A stretch of 64,000 nucleotides of DNA, from contig CAWHOZ010000006.1 of assembly GCA_963831175.1 (NCBI GenBank), positions 15,833 to 79,832 of the forward strand, read 5' to 3'. A program made the translations under genes and the position numbers. This stretch comes from an uncultured Alphaproteobacteria bacterium (lineage in GTDB: Bacteria; Pseudomonadota; Alphaproteobacteria; Rhizobiales; Hyphomicrobiaceae). The notes below the pieces were generated by a model that was not told the origin of the DNA, made no database searches, and saw nothing but the letters and a program-made list of their open reading frames with translations. Positions 42,675 through 53,416 of the stretch are shown here, piece after piece; the first letter of the stretch is position 1; every line of letters starts with the position of its first letter.

Positions 42675-43622
42675 ATGCTAGGACGGACGGCCAACGACCT
42701 TTATTGGCTGGCGCGCTACGTGGAGCGCGCCGAGAACATGGCGCGCCTCACCGAGGTCGGCTACCGCATCGTGCTGTTGCCGCGCGACGGCGACGGCACG
42801 CACGAGGAATGGCGCTCGACGCTCGCCAGCGCCGGATGTGCGCAAGGCTATTTCGCCAAGTACGAGACGCTCAACACGCGTGACGTCATCAACTACCTGT
42901 TATTCGACTGCTCCAATCCCTCGAGCGTCAAATCTTGCCTCGCCGCAGCGCGGCGCAATGGGCGCGCGCAGCGCACCTCGATGACACGCGACATGTGGGA
43001 GAGCCTCAATTCCGCGTGGATCGAGTTCTCCAACGTCAGCCCGTCGAGTGTCACCGCCGGCGAGCTGCCGCGCATCCTCGACTGGGTGCGCTCGCGTTCG
43101 GCGCTCTACCGCGGCGCGCTGCTCAACACCATCCTGCGCAACGACACGTTCTACTTCAGCCAGCTCGGCACGTTCCTGGAGCGCGCCGACAACACGGCGC
43201 GCATCCTCGACGTGAAGTACTACGTGCTTCTGCCGCAGATCGAGATGGTGGGCGGCGGCGTCGACAACGTGCAGTGGGGTGCCATCCTGCGCTCGGTGTC
43301 GGCGCACCGCAGCTACCGCTGGGTCTACAAGCAGAACTACCGGCCCTGGCGCATCGCCGAGTACCTCATCCTCAACCAGGCGATGCCGCGCTCGCTGCGC
43401 TCCTGCTACGACGAGATCAACTCCGCGCTCGACGATCTCGCCGATCTGTACGGCGCCAAGCCGATCGGCCACGAGACGGCGTCAGCAACGCGCCGCCTGC
43501 TCGCCGAGGGCAACATGGACAAGATCTTCCAGTCCGGCCTGCACGAGTTCATCGAGGACTTCATCGTGCGCAACAACCGGCTGGGCGCCGAGGTCGCGCA
43601 AGCCTACCACTTCAATGCCTGA
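42675..43622 (+). CDS. Alpha-E domain protein
   Basis: MLGRTANDLYWLARYVERAEN, ARRNGR, LERADNTARILDVKY and PRSL. Confidence 0.93.
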   Translation: MLGRTANDLYWLARYVERAENMARLTEVGYRIVLLPRDGDGTHEEWRSTLASAGCAQGYFAKYETLNTRDVINYLLFDCSNPSSVKSCLAAARRNGRAQRTSMTRDMWESLNSAWIEFSNVSPSSVTAGELPRILDWVRSRSALYRGALLNTILRNDTFYFSQLGTFLERADNTARILDVKYYVLLPQIEMVGGGVDNVQWGAILRSVSAHRSYRWVYKQNYRPWRIAEYLILNQAMPRSLRSCYDEINSALDDLADLYGAKPIGHETASATRRLLAEGNMDKIFQSGLHEFIEDFIVRNNRLGAEVAQAYHFNA

Positions 43623-43638
43623 GTGAGGTTCAAGGACA

Positions 43639-44455
43639 GTGCTCGTCTCGATCGGTCATGTGACGCGCTACTCGTTCGCCGCCCCGGCGCTCTACAGCAT
43701 TCACACTTTGCGGCTGACGCCGCCTGCGTTCGAGGGCCAGCGCGTCATCAGCTGGCGCGTCGAGATGCCGGACATCGAGCACGCCGTCCGCTACCGCGAC
43801 GCCTTCGGCAACGTGTCTCACCTCGTCTCCATCGCGCGCCCGCATTCCGAGATCGCCATCATCGCGCGCGGTACGGTCGAGACGCAGGACAAGGCCGGCT
43901 TCGTGCGCGGTCTCACCGAGGTCGCGCCCACTCGCGTCTTCCGGCGCGACACGGTGAAGACGGCTCCCGACGACGCTATCCGCGCGCTGGTGGTAGGCCT
44001 TGAAGCGCCCGATCCGATTGACCGGCTGCACGAGCTGATGCAGCTCGTCGGTGATCGCGTGAAATATGTGGTGGGGGCGACGAACGCTCATACCAGCGCG
44101 GCAGAGGCGCTCAAGGCCGGACGCGGGCGTCTGCCAGGACCACGCGCACGTCTTTATCTCGGCGGCGCGACTCATGGGTTTCCCGGCGCGCTACGTGAAC
44201 GGCTATTTCGTCACCGGCGGCGAGCATTCCTCGGAAGCCCAGCACGCCTGGGCGGAGGCGTATATCGACGGCCTTGGCTGGCTCGGCTTCGACCCCGCTA
44301 ACCAAGTTTGCCCCACCGATCGCTATGCCCGCCTCGCCTGTGGTCTCGACGCGTCCTCCGCGGCCCCGATTACTGGCAATCGCCGGGGCGGTGCGGACGA
44401 GGTTCTTGACGTCTTCGTTGAAGTCCAGCAGCAAAGCAGCGCCCAGCAGCAGTGA
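43639..44455 (+). CDS. Transglutaminase-family protein (frameshift near 44125)
   Basis: H.TRY, LRLTP, DAFGN; catalytic triad in GVCQDHAH, HAWAE and GFDPAN. Confidence 0.92.
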
Positions 44456-44507
44456 CCCCACCTCGGGGGACGCCGGGCGACGTGGACGCTCACTGGGGAC
44501 GTTGCAA

Positions 44508-45245
44508 ATGACCTACTGCGTCGCAATGCGGTTGAACCGCGGGCTGGTGTTCGCCGCCGACACGCGCACCAACGCTGGCGTCGACAACATCGCCCAATTC
44601 CGCAAGATCCATTACTGGCGCAAGCCGGGGGAGCGCGTACTGGTGCTGCTCGCCGCGGGCAACCTCTCGCTGACGCAGTCGGTCGTCAGCCTCCTCAACG
44701 AGCAGCTCGTCGAGCGCGAGGAGGAGCCGGAGGCGGTCAACCTTTACAACGTGCCGTCGATGTATCGCGCCGCGCGTCTCGTCGGTGACGCGGTGCGCAG
44801 CATCAGGGCCATCGACGGGGCGGCACTCGAGGCAACGAAAACCGGCTTCGCCGGCTCGTTTATCCTCGGCGGCCAGATCGGCAAGGAGCCGCCGCGCCTG
44901 TTCCAGATCTACTCGGAAGGCAACTTCATCGAGGCGACCGAAGACACGCCCTATTTCCAGATCGGCGAACACAAGTACGGCAAGCCGATTCTCGACCGCG
45001 TGGCGCAGCCGACCATGCGGCTCGGCGAAGCGGCCAAGCTGGTCCTGCTCAGCTTCAATTCTACCCTGCGCTCCAACCTGTCGGTCGGCATGCCCATCGA
45101 CATTCTGCTGTACGAGCGTGACAGCCTCGACCTGCGCCGCGAGAAGCGCATTTTCCAGGACGACGAGTATTTCAAGAAGCTGTCGTCAGCCTGGTCGGAG
45201 GCGCTGCGCTCGGCCTTCACCAAGATCGAAGAATTCAACGTATAG
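44508..45245 (+). CDS. Anbu proteasome-beta-like Ntn peptidase
   Basis: MTYCV (Thr1), DTRTNAGVD, GNLS, FQIGEHKYGKP and STLRSNLSVG. Confidence 0.93.
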   Translation: MTYCVAMRLNRGLVFAADTRTNAGVDNIAQFRKIHYWRKPGERVLVLLAAGNLSLTQSVVSLLNEQLVEREEEPEAVNLYNVPSMYRAARLVGDAVRSIRAIDGAALEATKTGFAGSFILGGQIGKEPPRLFQIYSEGNFIEATEDTPYFQIGEHKYGKPILDRVAQPTMRLGEAAKLVLLSFNSTLRSNLSVGMPIDILLYERDSLDLRREKRIFQDDEYFKKLSSAWSEALRSAFTKIEEFNV

Positions 45246-45407
45246 CCCCGTCTGGGGCCCGATAATGCCGGCGGAAGGGCGCTTAGGCCGCAATTGCCAC
45301 GTAATGGTCGTTAGGCTAACGCCATACCGTTGAGGCATTGGGCAGGATGTCGGTTTCGGGCACGTCGTGAGCGTTGAAGCTGCCAGGCAGCAGCTGCGGA
45401 GGACGTC

Positions 45408-46757
45408 TTGAATATTTGCATGATCGGCGCCGGTTACGTCGGACTCGTCTCGGCCGCCTGCTTCTCGGAGTTCGGCTGGACCGTCACCTGCGTCGACAAG
45501 GATCCGCGCCGCCTCGCCGAGCTGAAGGACGGCAAGTCGCCGATCTACGAGCCGGGCCTCGACAATCTCCTCCAGCGCAACATGCAGGCCGGCCGTCTGC
45601 TGTTCACCGATAACCTTGGGCCGGCCACGAAGGATGCCGACGTCATTCTGCTGGCGGTCGGCACGCCGATGCGCCGCGGCGATGGCTATGCCGATCTCTC
45701 CTACGTCTATGCGGCGGTCGACGAGCTCGCGCCGCACCTCAAGGGCTTCACGGTCATCGTCACCAAGTCGACGGTGCCGGTCGGCACCAGCCGCGAGATC
45801 GAGCGCCGCCTGCGCGCCGCACGTCCCGACGGCGAGTTCGCCGTCTGCTCCAATCCCGAGTTCCTGCGCGAAGGCTCCGCCATCCAGGACTTCATGCACC
45901 CCGACCGCGTTCTCGTTGGCACCGACGACGAACGCGCGCGCGAGCTGATGGGCCGGCTGTACAAGCCGCTCGCCCTGCGCAACGCGCCGGTGATTTTCGT
46001 CGGACGCGAATCCGCCGAGCTCGCGAAGTATGCCGCCAACGCCTTCCTGGCGCTGAAGATCAGCTTCATCAACGAGATCGCCGACCTGTGCGAGCAGGTC
46101 GGCGCCGACGTGCAGGAGGTCGCCTCTTCCATCGGCAAGGACCGCCGCATCGGCGACAAGTTCCTGCATCCGGGTCCGGGGTACGGCGGCTCGTGCTTCC
46201 CGAAGGATGTCTCTGCGCTCATCCGTACGGCGCGCGAGAACAAGTCGCCCGTCTCCATCATCGAGCAGGTGCAGCGGGTCAACGACGAGCGCAAGATCGC
46301 CATGGCGCATCGCATCGAGGATGCGGCCGGCGGCTCCGTACGCGGCAAGACGGTTGCCATTCTCGGTGTCACCTTCAAGCCGAACACCGACGACATGCGC
46401 GACGCGCCCAGCCTCGTCATCGTGCCGATGCTGCAGGAGCGCGGTGCCATGGTGCGCGTGTGCGATCCGCAAGGGCGCCGGCAGGCCGAGCCGCTGCTTC
46501 CCGATGTCGTGTGGTGCGAGAACGCCCTCGAGACCGCGACCGGTGCCGATGTTCTCGTCACCGTCACCGAGTGGAACGAGTTCCGCGCGCTCGATCTCAA
46601 GGCCGCGAAGTCGAACATGCGCGGCGACGTCCTGGTCGATCTGCGCAACGTGTTCTCGGCGGAATTGGCGCACGGCGCCGGCTTCCGCTATTCGGCCGTC
46701 GGCCGCAAGCCCGACGACGTCGACCTGGCGCCGGCGCCGATGGCGCGGCGGGCGTAG
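45408..46757 (+). CDS. ugd: UDP-glucose 6-dehydrogenase
   Basis: GAGYVG, KSTVPVGT, NPEFLREG, GYGGSCFPKD and FKPNTDD. Confidence 0.96.
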   Translation: MNICMIGAGYVGLVSAACFSEFGWTVTCVDKDPRRLAELKDGKSPIYEPGLDNLLQRNMQAGRLLFTDNLGPATKDADVILLAVGTPMRRGDGYADLSYVYAAVDELAPHLKGFTVIVTKSTVPVGTSREIERRLRAARPDGEFAVCSNPEFLREGSAIQDFMHPDRVLVGTDDERARELMGRLYKPLALRNAPVIFVGRESAELAKYAANAFLALKISFINEIADLCEQVGADVQEVASSIGKDRRIGDKFLHPGPGYGGSCFPKDVSALIRTARENKSPVSIIEQVQRVNDERKIAMAHRIEDAAGGSVRGKTVAILGVTFKPNTDDMRDAPSLVIVPMLQERGAMVRVCDPQGRRQAEPLLPDVVWCENALETATGADVLVTVTEWNEFRALDLKAAKSNMRGDVLVDLRNVFSAELAHGAGFRYSAVGRKPDDVDLAPAPMARRA

Positions 46758-47753
46758 TCATTTCTGGACCGCAGGACGATTTGCACGCGGCCAACCGTGG
46801 CGGACACGTCCGTGCACGGCTTTGGCTGCGGCGACTCGCTGCGCAGGTTCGGGCGTTACCGACAGGAGCGCATAGAGCTGCGCGGCGCTGTCGCGTGCCG
46901 CCGCCAAACAGCGCCAATGTGCAATCGCCGTCTCCAATGGACCCAAGGCCCGCGTGAGCATGATCGATGCGGCGAGCATCTCCGCCGGGCGGCAGGCGCC
47001 GGTCATGACAAGATAGGCGCCGAGGCCAAGCATCGCCGATTGCAGCGCCGGCCGCAGCGCGCGGAGCAATGCGGTGGAGACGACCGTCGGCCGCGCCGCC
47101 GCATCCTGCGCGTCACGCAGGCGCGCGTTGAGCACCAGCCAGGAGCGGCACGCTTGGGCTGACGCCGGATTGAGGGAGGCGACCGGCGCCCATCGCCGCG
47201 CCGCAAGCTGTGCGGCAGCTCGTGCCGGGGCGGCGCTCCGGCGGTCGGCGACGAGAGCGCAGGCGACGAGCGATGCCGCCCCCGTTGATGCGAGCAGGCC
47301 GAATAGCGGATGCAGCAGAAACATGACGCCGAGGTAGAGCGGCATCCACGGCAGATCGCACAGCGCCGCAGGCGCCTGGCCGGTCAGGAAAGCGCGAACG
47401 TGGTCGAGGTCGCGAACGGCGATCGGCCGCATCCGCTTCACAAGCTGCGTACTCAGCCTGCGATCCACACGGCGCGCGCAGCCGGCGAATATTCCGTGAC
47501 GTGCGAGGTCGAGGCGCGCGCCGAGCCCATACAACAGCAGCATCAGCAGCGTGAGTACGAGGAGCTGCCTGCCCGCATGCGCCGGCAGCACGCGGTCGTA
47601 CAACAGCAGCATGTAGGCGGGGCCGGTCAGCGCCAGGACGTTGACCCCGGCTGTGCAGAGGGCTGCGGCCAGCAGCGGCCGGCGACCGCCTATAAGCTGC
47701 AGCGCGTTGGCCGCGAAATTCCGTTGCCTCTCCGCGCCTTGGCCTTCCCGCAT
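46758..47753 (-). pseudogene. Truncated type I secretion ABC permease (PrtD/PrsD-like), TM region only
   Basis: VNVLALTGP.YML.LYDRVL, RDLD.VR.FL, DLPWMPLY, QSAMLGLGAYLV and RALGP; ends before any Walker A motif. Confidence 0.65.
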
Positions 47754-48063
47754 GCGGTCCCCCGGGCACGCGGACGCGACGCATGAAGAAGACGCTTTCA
47801 ATGCGCGGGTGCAGCTCTTGACGTGCTACTTTAGGTTGAATCAGAGGCATCCTCCCCGGTCAAGCTCCTCCGGCCGCTTTGGACGGCAAATTTTGCAGCC
47901 GCCACCAACGTCTCGTCGGGACGACGGTAACTCCTGGGGCTGTAAGCAAAAAAGCGTGGGCGCCTCTCGCTCACCGGCGCCGACATGGCATAGAACAAGA
48001 TATGCGGCCGACAACGGCCCGGAATTCGCAGCGACAGCGCATGCCGCAAGGGGACGCCCGAGA

Positions 48064-49106
48064 ATGAACCAGCCGCAGCCGCTTGCCGCCTATTTCGCCG
48101 GGTGGGCAGCCAACCGTCCCGCGCGTCTCGCCGTGGCGGCGACGGTCAGCGCGCTGGCGACGGTCTCGATCGAGATTGCCGAGCTTGTCGGGTCAGGGAG
48201 CGCTGGCCGGCCCGCTCGGCCGGGCCACCGGCAAGAAGGGTGAGGTCGACGAGCAGAAGGAGATCGACCTCCTCGCCAACAACCGCATCGTCGATGTGCT
48301 GCGCGGGGCACCGGTTGCCGCCGTCGCCTCCGAGGAAATGGACGCGCCGCTGCTGCTCGACGAGAAGGCGCCGCTCATCGTCGCCGTCGATCCGCTCGAC
48401 GGATCTTCGAACATCGATGCCAATGCCTCGATCGGAACGATCTTCACGGTGCTGCCGGCCCTGCAGTACAACGACGATCCATCGGCATTCCTGCAGCCGG
48501 GCGTCAACCAACTGGCCGGCGGCTTCTTCGTCTACGGGCCGCAGACCGTGCTTGTCGTCACGGTCGGCGCCGGCACGCAGATCTTCACCCTCGATCGCCG
48601 CACGTCGACGTTCTTGCTCACGCAGTCAAAGGTCGAAGTCCCTGCCCGCACCAGCGAATACGCCATCAACGATTCCAATGCGCGTCACTGGGATGACCCC
48701 GATCCGCACCTACGTCGAGGATTGCCGGCGCGGCAAGGAAGGTCCGCGCGGCCGCGACTTCAACATGCGCTGGACCGGCTCGCCGGTCGCCGACATCTAT
48801 CGCATCGTCTCGCGCGGCGGCATCTATCTCTACCCGGGCGACAAGCGACGTGAGTTCCGCAACGGACGGCTGCGATTGATCTACGAGGCCAATCCCATCG
48901 CCTGGGTGATCGAGCAGGCGGGGGGCGCGGCATCGACGGGCCGCGAGCGGGTGCTGGAGATAAAGCCGTCCTCTCTGCATCAGCGGGTGCCGCTGATCGC
49001 CGGCTCGCGTATCGAAGTGGAGCACGCGGCACGTCTGCACGACGGGTTGCAGATCCGCGGCGAGCGCTCGCCCCTGTTCAGCCGCCGCGGATTGCTGCGG
49101 TTCTAA
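48064..49106 (+). CDS. fbp: Class 1 fructose-1,6-bisphosphatase (CbbF-like), frameshifts near 48200 and 48700
   Basis: QKEIDL, SEE, DPLDGSSNID, YGPQT, EYAIN, RGGIYLYPGD and GRLRLIYEANP. Confidence 0.93.
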
Positions 49107-49108
49107 AT

Positions 49109-49121
49109 TAATCAAGAATTA
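49109..49121. promoter_or_regulatory. LysR/CbbR-type dyad TAAT-caaga-ATTA (TAA-N7-TTA) in the fbp-prk spacer
   Basis: AT-rich patch in otherwise high-GC DNA; fits T-N11-A. Confidence 0.5.
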
Positions 49122-49141
49122 TAAGGCATTCTCGCCCCGCC

Positions 49142-50086
49142 ATGTCAGCGAAGCATCCCATCATCTCGATCACAGGTTCCTCGGGCGCCGGCACCACCTC
49201 GGTGCGCCAGACGTTCGAGAACATCTTTCGCCGCGAGCACATCACTGCCGCCTTCATCGAGGGCGACGCCTTCCATCGCTACGGCCGCGCCGAAATGGAG
49301 GAGATGACCGTCGAGGCGCGATTGCGCGGCAACAACCACTTCAGCCATTTCGGCGAGGAGGCGAACCTCCTGTCCGAGCTCGAGGAGGTGTTCCGCAACT
49401 ATGGCGAGAGCGGTCGTGGGCGCACGCGCCACTACGTTCACGACGAGCATGAATCGGAGCTGCACGGTGCTCCCGTCGGCACATTCACCGCGTGGCAGGA
49501 TCTGCCGCGCGGCACCGACCTCCTGTTCTACGAGGGACTGCACGGCGCCGTGGTGACACCGAAGGTGAATGTCGCCACGCACGCCGACCTCAAAATCGGG
49601 GTCGTGCCGGTGATCAACCTCGAATGGATCCAGAAGCTCACTCGCGACAAGTCGGCGCGTGGCTACTCGCACGACGAAGCCGTCGACGCGATTTTGGCGC
49701 GCATGCCCGACTACGTGAACTACATCTGTCCGCAGTTTACCGAGACCGACATCAACTTCCAACGCGTGCCGACGGTCGACACGTCCAATCCTTTTGTCGC
49801 GCGCTGGATCCCGACTCCGGACGAGTCGATGGTCATCATTCGCTTCCGCGATCCACGCGGCATCGACTTCCCGTATCTCTTGTCGATGATGTCGACGAGC
49901 TTCATGTCGCGCGCCAACTCCATCGTCATCCCCGGCGGCAAGCTCGATCTCGCCATGCAGCTCATCTTGACGCCGCATATTCTGACGCTGGTGGAGCGCC
50001 GGCGCAGAACATCCTACGAATGCCAGATGCCGCGGCATGCGGCGAGAGCTCACGCAGCAGGACCAAGTCGATGGCTCGCTCCGTGA
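49142..50086 (+). CDS. prk: Phosphoribulokinase (bacterial CbbP type)
   Basis: [34 protein letters not shown] and [14 protein letters not shown]; the tail overlaps rpe and may be extended by an indel. Confidence 0.96.
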   Translation: MSAKHPIISITGSSGAGTTSVRQTFENIFRREHITAAFIEGDAFHRYGRAEMEEMTVEARLRGNNHFSHFGEEANLLSELEEVFRNYGESGRGRTRHYVHDEHESELHGAPVGTFTAWQDLPRGTDLLFYEGLHGAVVTPKVNVATHADLKIGVVPVINLEWIQKLTRDKSARGYSHDEAVDAILARMPDYVNYICPQFTETDINFQRVPTVDTSNPFVARWIPTPDESMVIIRFRDPRGIDFPYLLSMMSTSFMSRANSIVIPGGKLDLAMQLILTPHILTLVERRRRTSYECQMPRHAARAHAAGPSRWLAP

Positions 50087-50760
50087 CGATTGCCCCCTCG
50101 ATCCTGTCGGCCGACTTCAGCCGGCTGAAGGAGGAGGTTGCGACGGTTGAAGCGGCCGGCGCCGACTGGATCCATCTCGATGTGATGGACGGCCATTTCG
50201 TGCCCAACATCACCTTCGGTCCGCCGGTCATCAAGGCCATCCGCCCGCATTCGGCGAAGGTGTTCGACGTGCACCTGATGATTGCGCCGGCGGATCCGTA
50301 TCTCGAAGCGTTCGCCGACGCCGGCGCCGACTACATCACCGTGCACCCCGAGGCCAGCCCGCATCTCGACCGCACGCTGCAGACGATCAAGGCGCTGGGC
50401 AAGAAGGCCGGCGTGGCGCTCAATCCCGCCACGCCCGAGGACGCCATCGCCTACGTGCTGGACCGTCTCGACCTCGTGCTGCTGATGACCGTCAATCCGG
50501 GCTTCGGCGGACAGAGCTTCATCCCGGCGGTCGTCGACAAGATCCGCCGCGTCAAGGCGATGATCGGCTCGAGGCCGATCGATATCGAGGTCGACGGCGG
50601 CATCGGCCCCGAGACGGCGGGTCTCGTCGCCGCCGCTGGCGCCAACGTGCTCGTCGCCGGATCGGCAGTGTTCAAGGGCGGCACGCGCGAATCCTACGCT
50701 GCCAACATCGCCGCGATCCGCTCTGCAGCAGACGCCGCGCGCGGCAAAGCCGCGGCCTGA
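50071..50760 (+). CDS. rpe: Ribulose-phosphate 3-epimerase
   Basis: [37 protein letters not shown] and EVDGG. Confidence 0.97.
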   Translation: MARSVTIAPSILSADFSRLKEEVATVEAAGADWIHLDVMDGHFVPNITFGPPVIKAIRPHSAKVFDVHLMIAPADPYLEAFADAGADYITVHPEASPHLDRTLQTIKALGKKAGVALNPATPEDAIAYVLDRLDLVLLMTVNPGFGGQSFIPAVVDKIRRVKAMIGSRPIDIEVDGGIGPETAGLVAAAGANVLVAGSAVFKGGTRESYAANIAAIRSAADAARGKAAA

Positions 50761-50843
50761 TCGGCACTCCTTTTGACGACTTATCCTCGGCGTCCGGCGC
50801 CGTGCCTATCCTCGCGTAACGAGTTTTCAGTTGCGAGGATCGC

Positions 50844-52529
50844 GTGGACGAGACGCCCAACCTCGGCCTGCCGTACATCATGGCGGCCCAATCGCAGAAG
50901 CATGTCACGCACAACGAGGCGATACGCGCGCTCGACGCCGTCGTGCAGCTCAGCGTGCTCGATCGAGACCTCACCGCGCCCCCCGGCTCGCCGGCGGACG
51001 GCGCACGCTACATCGTGGCGGCGAGCCCCAGCGGCGCCTGGACGGGACACGCGGGCAGCATCGCCGCCTTCCAGGACGCGGCGTGGATGTTCTATCCGCC
51101 CAACGAGGGCTGGATCGCCTGGATCGCCGACGAGGACGTCGCCGTCGTGTGGAGTGGTTCGGCGTGGACGGCGCTGACGACCGGTGGCGGGGGCGGCTCA
51201 GGCAGCTTCACGACACTGGGCATCAATGCAACCGCCGACACCACCAATAGGCTTTCTCTCGCGGCCGACGCCACGCTGCTCAATCACGACGGCGACGGTC
51301 ACCAGCTCAAGATCAACAAGGCCGCGGCCGGCGACACGGCGAGCCTGCTCTATCAGGATGCGTTCTCGGGCCGCGCTGAGCTGGGGCTCGCCGGCGATGA
51401 CGACTTCCATTTCAAAGTGAGCCCCGACGGATCGACCTGGAAAGAGGCGATGCTCATCAACCGCTCGACCGGGGCGGTGACATTTCCCTTCACCTCGCTG
51501 TCGGGCGGGCGCGAGATGCTGACCGCCAATCGGACCTACTATGTCCGCACGGCTCCGGTGGCGGTCACATCGATCACCAACGCGAGCCCTGCCGTTGTTA
51601 ACGCTACAGGGCACGGGCTCAGTGTCGGCGATCCGGTGGTGTTTTTGACCACGGGAACTCTGCCGACCGGGTTGGCGGTCGGTACGGTCTATTACGTGAT
51701 TTCAGCCGGGTTCGGCGCTAACGCCTTTGAAGTGTCCGCGACGCCGGGCGGCGCCGCGATCGACACATCGAGCGCGGGCAGCGGCACGCATTCCATTCAG
51801 ACCGGGAATAACGACAACGACGGCCTCGCGCAAACACGCACGGGCGCCTTTCTGACCATCCAGGCAGCGATCAACGCGGTGGGCGCGATTGATCTGTCCA
51901 TCTATAACGTGGTGATCCAGTGCGCCGCAGGCGTCTACACCAGCGGCAACACACTCGTGTCGCTTACGGGTGCCGGACAGGTGACCATCCGCGGCGACAC
52001 GACAACGCCGAGCAATTGTTTCCATGCGACCACCAGCGCGACCGCTTTTTCCGGGACCAACGTCGCCGGTAAATGGAAGGTTGAGGGCTTTCGGTTCGCG
52101 ACCACCACGTCCGGACGTCCGATCAACGTCACAGGCGTTGTCACGAACCTGACGCTCGGCGCCAACGATTACGGCGCGTGCGCGGACACTCACATCATGG
52201 TGCAGGAGGGCGCCTATGTGGCCTTCAGCGCCAGCTACACGATCTCCGGCGGCGCCCCGCGGCACATCGAGGCGAACATCGGCGCCATCGTCACCATTCT
52301 CAGCGCCTTGACCTGCACGCTGACCGGAACGCCCGCGTTCGCCAATCAATTCATACTGGCCGCAAACCTGTCCTACATCCGCGCCTCCGGCATTACCTAT
52401 TCAGGCTCGGCGACGGGCACACGGTACAGCGCCACCGGGAATGCAGTCATCAACACGGCGGGCGGCGGCGCGTCGTTCTTGCCCGGCAGCGCTACGGGAT
52501 CAACGGCGACGGGCGGACAATACCTTTGA
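50844..52529 (+). CDS. DUF2793-domain tail-fibre-like protein (phage/GTA type)
   Basis: LPYIMAAQSQKHVTHNEAIRALD, YIVAASPSGAW.GH, RAELGLAGDDDFHFKVSPDG; Thr/Gly-rich beta-helix-like C-terminus ending ATGGQY. Confidence 0.85.
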   Translation: MDETPNLGLPYIMAAQSQKHVTHNEAIRALDAVVQLSVLDRDLTAPPGSPADGARYIVAASPSGAWTGHAGSIAAFQDAAWMFYPPNEGWIAWIADEDVAVVWSGSAWTALTTGGGGGSGSFTTLGINATADTTNRLSLAADATLLNHDGDGHQLKINKAAAGDTASLLYQDAFSGRAELGLAGDDDFHFKVSPDGSTWKEAMLINRSTGAVTFPFTSLSGGREMLTANRTYYVRTAPVAVTSITNASPAVVNATGHGLSVGDPVVFLTTGTLPTGLAVGTVYYVISAGFGANAFEVSATPGGAAIDTSSAGSGTHSIQTGNNDNDGLAQTRTGAFLTIQAAINAVGAIDLSIYNVVIQCAAGVYTSGNTLVSLTGAGQVTIRGDTTTPSNCFHATTSATAFSGTNVAGKWKVEGFRFATTTSGRPINVTGVVTNLTLGANDYGACADTHIMVQEGAYVAFSASYTISGGAPRHIEANIGAIVTILSALTCTLTGTPAFANQFILAANLSYIRASGITYSGSATGTRYSATGNAVINTAGGGASFLPGSATGSTATGGQYL

Positions 52530-52569
52530 CCGCTCTCCGGCGCGGCGACGGCTGCGGCGGGACTGCATC

Positions 52570-53340
52570 TCAGATCTTCCAGCCGGAATGGATGGCAGCC
52601 ACACCACCGGTCAAATTGCGGTAGCTGACGCGCGCGAAGCCGGCGTCGCGCGCCATGGCCGCGAAGCGCTCCTGGTTGGGGAACTTACGGATGCTCTCGA
52701 CGAGGTAGCGATAGGGCACGTCCTCGCCGGCGATGGCCTGGCCTAGGCGCGGGATCACCTCGAAGGAATGGAAATCGTACAGCCGGTCGAGGATCGGCAC
52801 CTGCACCTCGGAGAATTCGAGACACAGGAAGCGGCCGCCGATCTTGAGGACGCGAAACGCTTCGCGCAGCGCCACGTCGATGTGGGTCACGTTGCGAATG
52901 CCGAAGGCGATGGTGTAGGCGTCGAACGAGCAATCGGGGAACGGCAGCGCCTCGGCGTTGCCTTCCGTGAAGCTGATGCGGTTCTCGAGCCCTGCCTCGC
53001 GCACGCGGCGCTGGCCGACGGCGATCATCTCGGGGCTGATATCGCACAACATCGCCGTCGCGTTGGGGCCGCTGGCGCGCGCATAGCGCAACGAGACATC
53101 GGCGGTGCCGCCGGCCACGTCGAGGAGACGGAAGGCCTGCTCGTTGCGCGGCGGGTTGAGCTGCGCGATGAGGTCGTTCTTCCATAGCCGGTGCAGGCCA
53201 CCCGACATGAGGTCGTTCATCAGGTCGTAGCGCTCGGCAACGTTGGCGAACACCCGATTGACGAGGCCTTGCCGCTCGCTCTCGGCGACGTTACGGAAGC
53301 CGAAGCTGGTGCTGGTGTTCTGCTCGGATGGGTCGGTCAT
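52570..53340 (-). CDS. ubiE: Ubiquinone/menaquinone C-methyltransferase
   Basis: [31 protein letters not shown] and [10 protein letters not shown]. Confidence 0.96.
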   Translation of the reverse strand: MTDPSEQNTSTSFGFRNVAESERQGLVNRVFANVAERYDLMNDLMSGGLHRLWKNDLIAQLNPPRNEQAFRLLDVAGGTADVSLRYARASGPNATAMLCDISPEMIAVGQRRVREAGLENRISFTEGNAEALPFPDCSFDAYTIAFGIRNVTHIDVALREAFRVLKIGGRFLCLEFSEVQVPILDRLYDFHSFEVIPRLGQAIAGEDVPYRYLVESIRKFPNQERFAAMARDAGFARVSYRNLTGGVAAIHSGWKI

Positions 53341-53416
53341 GGCCGCAGAATAGCTAAGCCGGCCCGCGCGCGCTATGCTGGCGTCCTCCGCGGCCGTCCA
53401 CGCGAAAAACCCCGAT

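Noticed and set aside
49492-50760. 422-aa extended Rpe or Prk-Rpe fusion
   Set aside because: The N-terminal extension is an alternate frame of prk; Rpe starts at the ATG at 50071
50844-52529. Prophage
   Set aside because: Single gene flanked by rpe and ubiE, with no integrase, att sites or structural genes
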